From: the human T2T-CHM13v2.0 reference genome, Homo sapiens
NCBI RefSeq assembly: GCF_009914755.1
Contig: NC_060926.1
Strand: one strand, 5' to 3'
DNA: 64,000 nucleotides
The first letter of the stretch is position 1; the number at the start of each line of letters is the position of its first letter. Below the pieces are notes generated by a model, which saw only the letters and a program-made list of their open reading frames with translations, searched no databases and was not told where the DNA came from. Positions 55,605 through 64,000 of this stretch are shown here, piece by piece. Position numbers and translations under genes: made by a program.

Positions 55605-56024
55605 TGCTATGGGTTGAATTGTGTCTCCCCTGCAAGTTCATGTGTTGAAGTTCTAACCCCCAGTACTTTAGAGTGTGACCTTATTTAGGGTTGTGGTCTT
55701 TATAGAGTAGCCGAATTAAAGTGAGGTCATTAGGGTGGACCCTAATCCAATATGAATGTTGTCCTTATAAAAAGGGGAAGTTTGGACAGAGATAGACACA
55801 CACAGAGGGAAGACGATGTGAAGAGACATAGGTGAAAATGGTCATCTACAAGTCAAGGAAAGAGGCGTGGAACAGATCCTTCCCTCATAGGCCTCAAAAG
55901 GAACTACCCCTTCTGACACCTTGATTTTGGACTTCCAGCCTTCAGAACTCTGAGACAATAACTTTCTGCGTGAAGCCACCCAGTCTGTGGCACTTTGTTA
56001 CTGCAGCCCTAGCAAACAAATACA
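55605..56024 (+). mobile_element. MLT1B solo LTR, inside an older LTR33-like LTR (~55250-56165)
   Basis: 'tgctatgggttgaattgtgtc...gtgaggtcattagggtggaccctaatccaatatga...gcagccctagcaaacaaataca'. Confidence 0.88.
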
Positions 56025-56485
56025 GTAGTCCCAGCTTCCTGGAGTTGCTACTCTCAGGGTTCCCCTGGGAGCTCTTTCAACTCCTCTGACTCCCCGTATG
56101 AAATTCCCTCTATCAAATCACCTAGAGTGGGTTTTGCTTTCCTGGCTGGGTCCTGACTAATATGCCTGCCATGATCCTTTCTGCCACAGAGGACATAGTG
56201 CTTCCTCTGCCTGGTATTTTTCCCCCTCTCATCTTTACCTAATGAACTTTCCCTAGTAAACTCATCTAGGTCATAGGTAAATGTCACTTCCTCAAGAAGG
56301 CCTACCCCTGTATAGTCATTACCAGCTCTTATGGCTCCAAGCACCACCACTCATGGTTTTGATTTTATTTCTGTGTGTGATTATTAGTTAATGTTTTCTT
56401 CCCAGTCCATCAGGAAAGGTAGTCTTTTTTTTCTTACCACTTTCCCCAGAGCCTAGGATGATGCCTATAGTAAATATTTAATACA

Positions 56486-56823
56486 CAGTCATGTGTGACT
56501 TAACAACGGGGATACCTACTAAAGAATGCATTGTTAGGCAGTTTCGTAATGAGAGCATCAGAGTATACTTACACAAACCTAAATGGTGTAGCCTGCTACA
56601 CACCTAGACTATCTGGTCTAGCCTATGGTTCCTAGGCTACAAACACCTATAGTACGTTACTGTACTGAATAATGTGGGCAATTGTAACATAGTAGTATTT
56701 GTGTATCTAAGCACATCTAAACATAGAAAAGATACATAAAAATATGATACTATAATCTTAAGAAATCACCATTGTATATGTGGTCCCTCATTCACTGAAA
56801 CATTGTTATGTGGCTCCTGACTA
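56486..56823 (-). mobile_element. Tigger3a
   Basis: 'cagtcatgtg...ttaacaacggggatac...ggctacaaac...'; homologous to 15887-16231. Confidence 0.88.
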
Positions 56824-56869
56824 TATATTTATTGAGTGAACGGAGGAAGGGTAGTATAATTTTGTAGAT

Positions 56870-57068
56870 AATGCTAGTATTTATGTGCCAGTAAAGTTCT
56901 AAGCATCTTACAAATATTGCATTTAATCCTTTAATCCTCATAACAATTTATGGGATAAGTAATATTACCTCTATTTTACACATGAGTAAATTCACTTATG
57001 ATCCCATAGCTAGTAAGGATTTGAACCCAGGGACTCCAGCACCAGAGCCTGAACTCTTAATCACTGTT
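56870..57068 (-). mobile_element. MIR
   Basis: 'tttaatcctcataacaa...ggatttgaacccagg...actcttaatcact'. Confidence 0.75.
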
Positions 57069-57695
57069 ATTCTGGCCTACGCTGTTCTCCCATGTTTTAG
57101 CAAGTCTACAAATTTTGTTTGTGCTAGCTTGCTATTATACTATGCCTTGTACCTCTTATTTGCAATGAATTATGTTTAACTTGACATGATATTAGAAAAT
57201 TTCCTGGACAAATGTTTTCTATGCCAAATAGCACCCCAATAATATGCACCTTGAGTTTTAGCAAAAATTTGGTGACAAACCTATGAATACACAGTCCCAG
57301 GATGGTGAGGTTCCTGGGTATCTCACCATCTTTTGTGGTTCTGTGAAATCTGCCCACCTCTCTATAAATCATCCCCTCATTAAAATCCCTTCAGCTAAAC
57401 CCTTTGGGAATGCCATCTTCCTTCTGGGACTCTGGCTGATACCCTGCAACTTCCTGGGAGCATCCCCTGGCTTTCTTATGTGTTTATGGCACGTGACATT
57501 ACCATGTGACTGCAGTAGCCTGGGCTGCCTCTCCTGTGTCCGGCAGCTGTTGGCACCACCTTATGTGTGGAGAGTGCCCTGTGTGCTCAGAACACCCCAG
57601 GTACTATGGGGAGATGCCCTGGACCAAGACTCTTCATATTTCATGAGCATTACAGCTCAGAGGAAATCAATTTACACTGGCTTATTTGTGGTTTA

Positions 57696-58012
<317 letters not shown>

Positions 58013-58729
58013 GAATGACCCTAAATCTTCTTCAGGTTTCAGACAAAATAGCAGTTTCTAGAGGGCACAGCCTATGTCCTGTTGTGGTGCATATGGAGGA
58101 CTACGGTGGCCATACCTTTTTCTTGCTCACTCATTTGCCCATCTTCCTTTGCATGTTAACAGCTGCCCACTGTTCCTGCTGAGGGATTTTTCCTGCTCTA
58201 TTCCATTTGGTGGAGTAAGGCACAGTGGCATTCCTCTTGGCAGCTGAGATTGGGTCAGGGATGGGACCTGCCAGATGTAATGAAACGACTTTTCCTAGTG
58301 AGGTCAACCTGCTAGGAAGATGGGAGTCTGTGGATAACCATCTCGTCTGTCTGAAGCATAAAGTCGAGACATGCAAAGCCAATAAACTGAGGAGACAGAA
58401 CCTAGCAACATCATTCAAGACCTGGATCCCACCATCCCTGAAGCCAGTGAATACCCTGTATTCCACAATCATGCAACCCAATAAAGTCCTCTTTTGCAGC
58501 CGTAGCATGTTTGAGGTTGGTTTCTTCACTCATATCCAGAACATTCCCACTGATAGAGTTGTGGAAGCTTCTTGCTGTCTCCAGTGTACCTTGTAGTCTC
58601 TCTTCTAAAACTTTGTTTATACCAACTGTATTTTAAGCTCACTCCCTTATTATACATTGTCTTGTTCAATCACCTGTATCACAACATTTAAAATCTGGGT
58701 TGTTTATTAGCCTGTTGTCTGTCAGCCCC

Positions 58730-59213
58730 ACACTCATGCCTCTGACTCTGGGCTGTAAGGTTGAAAACTACATTTCCCAGGTTCCCTTGCCAGCTGGCTT
58801 CCAGTAAGAGGCTCTGGCAGAGAAATGGAAAAGGAAGAGAAGCCACTGTTCTCTCTCCCCATCCCTGCTTTGGGGCACCTCTGAAAATTTCTGAAACCCC
58901 TTGATGACCCCAGCTTCAGCCAAAGCAGCCTCTGCTCAGTGGTCACAGCTCTAGCCTGGGTGGTCCCTCTTCAGTGGTTCCTGCACTGTCAGCAGTTGTA
59001 ACAGCACCTCAAACAAAGCAACAGCATGTACACTTGGACTCTAACACCACCTTCCCCAACGACCATTTTCCTGTCATTATTATTCTCTGGTTACCTTACA
59101 TTTTTGTTCTTTCAGCCCTTTTAACACTTTTGTAACTAATTTCCTGTATGAAACACTCTATTTAAAACATCTGCCATGATTCCTGTTTGCCTGACTGGAA
59201 TCCTGATTGATAC
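58730..59213. mobile_element. Old ERVL-class LTR (LTR33/LTR41-like)
   Basis: 'aaactacatttcccaggttcccttgccagctggcttccag'; end 'cctgactggaatcctgattgataca'. Confidence 0.6.
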
Positions 59214-60302
59214 AGTGTATATTGTACATTACCTAACTCACTAGTAATTTCAGATGTGAACGAAGTTTCTTCTTAACAGGATGATGAGTTTCTATTGGGC
59301 AGACTGCATATGTGTCTGTCACAGACACAGTGTAGGACTGAACATATAACGTGAATCTGTACATACTTAATGATATAAGACAACCCTTGTCTCAGTGACA
59401 TCTACAAGCTTGATGGTACACGAATATAGAAACATTCTCAAAGCGATATTGGAGCCATGTTCAAATTAGCACAATTGAGGCTACTCATTCCAACTGGGGA
59501 ACATATGGAATGACAGTGTCCTTTAGTGATACTGACCCAGGCATGCTTTCTGGAAGAGGAAGAGTCTCAGGCTAGAATGGATGTGAGACATTTCCTTATC
59601 ACTTCTCTGATTCTGGTAGAGTGATGAGGTAAACTTGTAAGGAAAATCAAGGTGGAGCTAAGCTGTAGTTGGCTCTACATCAGACAAATGCATTCATTCA
59701 TTCAGGAGACTTTCATGGAGGGCCTACAATGTGCAGACGCATCATCCAACAACTCTACCACCTGCTGTCATTCAGCGTTTTAGTCAAGTCATGGTTTTTT
59801 GTGTGTTTTTTCAAATGTGTGCATTGGACAATGACTCATGCCTAAAATCTACATTTGTTCATATTTCCAATCTTCAAATACCTGAGAAGTACAGTTGTAA
59901 ATATCAGTTCCAATTTCTTGGGCAGTCTTTCAAGGTAAAGTGCAAGCCAATCTCCTGGAGACACCTTGCCTTTTTCTATTGTCTGACTGTGAATGATTTA
60001 GATTGCCTGGGTCCCAGCCCTTCCATCTGGCCTTTGAAGAACTAGATCTTGATGACAGCCATGAGCATGGCTTTAGACACGCTGGTGCAAGGATCTGTGT
60101 GACCTCTAATCTCACAAGAGTCCTTGCTCAGACCCAGAAAGGGCTTCTCTACAGTATAGGAGAGGGATTGCCTCCAGGTTGCATGTGGGCAGCTGCCAAC
60201 GTGAATGGCTTGGTCCTCAGCCTATAGAGCTTAAAGGTATTTATTTATATAATAATGAAAAACTGTGAGAAAAATCTAAATGTCTACCAGTAGGAGTAAT
60301 TA

Positions 60303-60678
60303 GAGTGTACCCCTTTATCCATGGGGAATATGTTCCAAGCTCCCCCAGTGGATGCCTGAAACTGAGGATAGTCCTGAACTCTATACGTGCTATGTTTTTT
60401 TTTTATCCAATAACAGAGATGGCTACTAAGTGACTAATGGACAGATGGTGTAGACAGCATGAATATGCTGGACGAAAGGATGATCCACATAACAGGCTGG
60501 ACAGAGTGGAATGGCACACAATTTGATGACACTACTCAGTAGGATGCACAATTTAAAACTTATGAGTTTTTTCTGGAATTTTCCATTTAACTGCAGTTGA
60601 CCATGGGTAACCAAACCACAGTTGACCATGGGTAACTAAAGCTCTGGAAAGTGAAACCATGGATTGGGGGAACTATTG
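60303..60678 (-). mobile_element. MER44 (Tigger7-derived MITE)
   Basis: 'ccctttatccatggggaatatgttccaag...cagtggatgcctgaaact', 'aatttaaaacttatga', 'gaaaccatggattggggg'; internal 18-bp duplication. Confidence 0.85.
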
Positions 60679-60818
60679 TACATATCTTATAAAATATTAT
60701 ATTGCCATTTAAAAATTGTGATGAATATACGTGTACTGGCATGGAAAGATGTCTGAATTGTATGGCTAAGTGAGAAAAAGCAGTTCCAGAATAGCAAATA
60801 CAGTTTAATATATATACA

Positions 60819-61361
60819 TTTTTTTTTAATGGTGAAAAGTTATACATATATTTGGAATTAGCCAGCTGGACTCAGTTTAGATGATCCCAATTTTGTTGGC
60901 AACATCTAAAGCATTGTAATTAGGAGCCAGTCGAACATATGCCTTCTTCTCTCCATCAGGCCGAATCGGGGTGTTGACTTTGGCCACATCAATGTCATAG
61001 AGCTTCTTCCCAGCCTGTTTGATCTGGTTCTTGGTGGTGGCTTTAACATCCACAATGAACACAAGAGTGTTGTTTTCTTCTGTCTTCTTCATGGTGAACT
61101 CAGTGGTCAGCGGAAACTTGATGATAGCATAGTGGTCAAGCTTGTTTCTCCTGGGGGCGCTCTTCCGAGGATATTTGGGCTGCCTCCGGAGTCGCAGTGT
61201 CTTGGGCCTCCGGAAGGTGGGTGACATGTGGATCTTGTTTTTTGTGTGGCTGTGGACACCTTTCGACACTGCCTTCTTGGCCTTTAAAGCATTCGCTTTG
61301 GCTTCAGCTTTAGGAGGGGCAGGAGCTTCCTTCTTCGCTTTTGGTGCCATCTTGTGAAAAA
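60819..61361 (-). pseudogene. RPL23AP: RPL23A (uL23) processed pseudogene/retrocopy; ORF 61350->60877 still open (157 aa)
   Basis: Protein ~90% identical to human RPL23A as I recall it; no introns; 5'UTR 'ttttcacaagATG'; RPL23A-type 3'UTR 'ctgagtccagctg...cttttcaccat'; poly-A remnant at 60819-60827; degenerate TSD tacattttt/tatattttt; inserted in an old L1 remnant. Confidence 0.96.
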
Positions 61362-61394
61362 GCTAAAGGTATATTTTTAAAAGATGTATAAATA

Positions 61395-61444
61395 TGTGTG
61401 TGTACATTATGTGTGTGTGTGTGCATATATGTGTGTGTGTGTGT
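61395..61444. repeat. (TG)n/(TA) compound microsatellite
   Basis: Direct reading. Confidence 0.85.
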
Positions 61445-61829
61445 AAATGAATAGAATAGAGATGAGAAGTCTCTACCTAGATTCTCTGGAGTGCTTACCT
61501 CCAGAGGCAGCACTAAGAGTGAAAGGGGTGCTGAAGGGAATGTTCTCCAGTTTTGGGGGTGGTATGCTTCCGATCACTTAGATATTTACAGTAAGAATAC
61601 ATTCACATATTAGATAATTACCTTTTCTCTCCAAAATAAGAGAAATAAAGAACTATTATGAATGTTGAGGAAGTGAGGAAGATAAAGAGGGGCAGTCAAT
61701 GAAAGGATTCTTTCATTTTTTCCTCCATATACTTCTATACTATTAGAATTCATGAACAAGAATGCACTCATGTATTTCTTGTATGGTGATTTTTTTTTAT
61801 CATGCAAAAGTTCATTTATGCATTCCACA

Positions 61830-62050
61830 GCTAATATTTTTTGACTCTTTACTCAATGCTTAACACCAAGCTCTGCACCTGATCTGTAATTCTCACAATA
61901 TTCTGAGCCACATATCAGCATCCCATTTTACACAAGAGGAATCTGGGGCCAACAGACTGCTTAGGTAATCTGCCCAGCTACCCATCCAGCTAGCAAATAG
62001 TGGCACTAAGATTCAACCAGGTCCACCTGGCTGCAGAGCCTACACTCTCA
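61830..62050 (-). mobile_element. MIR
   Basis: 'atcccattttacacaagaggaatctgggg...ggtaatctgccca...aagattcaaccagg'. Confidence 0.65.
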
Positions 62051-63189
62051 CCTGTCACACTCCACATTCTAGGCCATGGTGGCAGGGACCAGGAGGAATG
62101 AGGCTTCTCTGCCTTCGCGTAAGTGGAACCTAGTCAAGATGGAAAATGTGACAGAAAGGCTAAATAAATGGACAGACTGAGCAAAATAAGCAGGAACATT
62201 TAATGGAAAGAAACGCTCAGAGAAATAGCCCTAATAAAGTTGAATGACACTAAAATGACAGAGGTGGTTAGGTGAGCTGGAGTGCCCATAAGCATTTTCC
62301 TTTGATTCTGCACACCCAGAAGCAGTGTGTCACACTGCAGCTCTGTCCAGACGATTCTCATACTAGCCCAGCAGAGTCCTGTGGTTGGAAGGGACTGTGA
62401 GAGCACTCAGAGTCCATTCCCTGCCTGCAGGAGTGAATAACTGAGGCATGGAGTAACTTAAATTACAGGATCAAAGTAGCTTTTCCATCCCAACCCCCAA
62501 GTCAGCAAAGGAGTTGGAACTGTGTGCTGGAGTCCAGGGATGGAGTGACAGTCACATGAGTCAGCGTGTGGAAAATTGTATTCATACTACAACTCTTTAC
62601 AAAGGAAACAACTGCCCATGCCCCTTTCCAGCTGTAAAACATCTGGTTGGCGGGGGAGGATGTCAACTGGGGAAATGGAAAGGAGCCACTCTAGTGCCCT
62701 TTCTGTTAGAGTGGCCTCTGCAGGGGGAATGGAGGCAGACTAGAAGGGGCTTGGGGGAGTTGGGTCTAAGTTGTTTGTGCATTGTCGGTGTCACTCTCAG
62801 TGTCACTCTCTCTTCCTATGATCCCCCTTGTCAGGGCATGTCTCCATTAGCAGGCCCAATCAGACAGAGTGCATTAAGAATGATTAAAGGCCTTGCAAGA
62901 GATTAAGAGAATTATATTTGTATACTCCCTCTAGCCAAGGCTGAAGGACAACTGCTGGTGATTCTCTGAATAGCTTTACAGGTGCAAAGCAGAATTACTG
63001 AAGTGGGTTCCAGGGATTAGAGCTTTGAATGATGAGGATGTAATGCAGAGACAAGTTCTCTGAGGGAAACAGCTCCTCAGTCATGGGCATTAAGGGGACT
63101 GCCGGGGAGGATTTGAATGAGGATACAAGTTTGACAACAGAGATCCAGGAAGCAATCCACTGGGCAAGGATTGGCTGTGGTTCACTGTG

Positions 63190-63380
63190 GCAAACCAGTG
63201 CAAAATGAACGGAACACCAAAAACTCAGTAATTGAGATAAATAATATTTCAATGCCATATTTTTTAAAAATCAAAATTAATGCAAAAAAATCTGATGAAC
63301 AAAATATCAAAATTTAAAATAAAGACCAGGGCTGGGCTGAGCCATATTGGAGCCTGAGGCAAAAGGAAAAATGTGCCCCT
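63190..63380. mobile_element. MER96B-like hAT element
   Basis: 'aaatcaaaattaatgcaaaaaa...tgaacaaaatatcaaaattt...ctgagccatattggagcctgaggcaaaaggaaaaat'. Confidence 0.65.
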
Positions 63381-63680
63381 TGGCTTTAGTGGAAGCAAAC
63401 TCATCCATCATGTTTTCCAAATCTACTTCTTTGCTTATCTCCACTTCAGTTGAGAGAATGGCCATGTTTGATGATTTCTCTTGACATATGACAATCTTAA
63501 ATAATTTTTCATAAACTTAAGCCCAACTGAAATTATAATAAATTCAATTTTGATATAAATCAAATATTTAAGCCTAAAATAATTCCATGAGTTATAGTAT
63601 ACCTACTTTTCAATTTTTCAGTATTTTTCAGCAACTTTAATGTTCTGGAAAAAATTAATTGCTACAAAAATGCATACAGA

Positions 63681-63956
<276 letters not shown>

Positions 63957-64000
63957 AAAAATGCGTATGGAGTGCATAGGTTGCTTTTGTCCTTGAGCTC

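Noticed and set aside
60594-60636. 18-bp tandem duplication cagttgaccatgggtaac
   Set aside because: Small duplication within a MER44 subterminal region; no sign of function.
61142-61357. 71-aa antisense ORF over the RPL23A retrocopy
   Set aside because: Shadow frame of the ribosomal protein coding strand.

Overview
Primate (most likely human) intergenic or intronic DNA. A large share of the window is recognisable interspersed repeat: Alu S/J and free monomers, old L1/HAL1, L2, L4, MIR, MaLR/ERVL/ERV1 LTRs, and hAT, Tigger and MuDR DNA transposons. The only gene-derived sequence I can support is a processed RPL23A retrocopy on the minus strand (60877-61350), whose ORF is still open. The other listed ORFs look like chance or repeat-derived frames. 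I found no evidence for a new multi-gene biological system. The most interesting signals are small-scale: (i) a composite, locally templated insertion at 45960-46034, built from 20 bp and 55 bp copies of two nearby upstream sites; (ii) a 21 bp homeodomain+NKX composite motif present twice in unique sequence at 25.3-25.4 kb; (iii) a multi-level transposon nest, HAL1>L1MA>(Tigger3a; Ricksha carrying ERVL); (iv) a near-consensus CTCF site; and (v) a candidate terminal exon with a small ORF. Repeat families were assigned by eye from remembered consensus sequences, so boundaries are approximate unless a target-site duplication (TSD) is cited.
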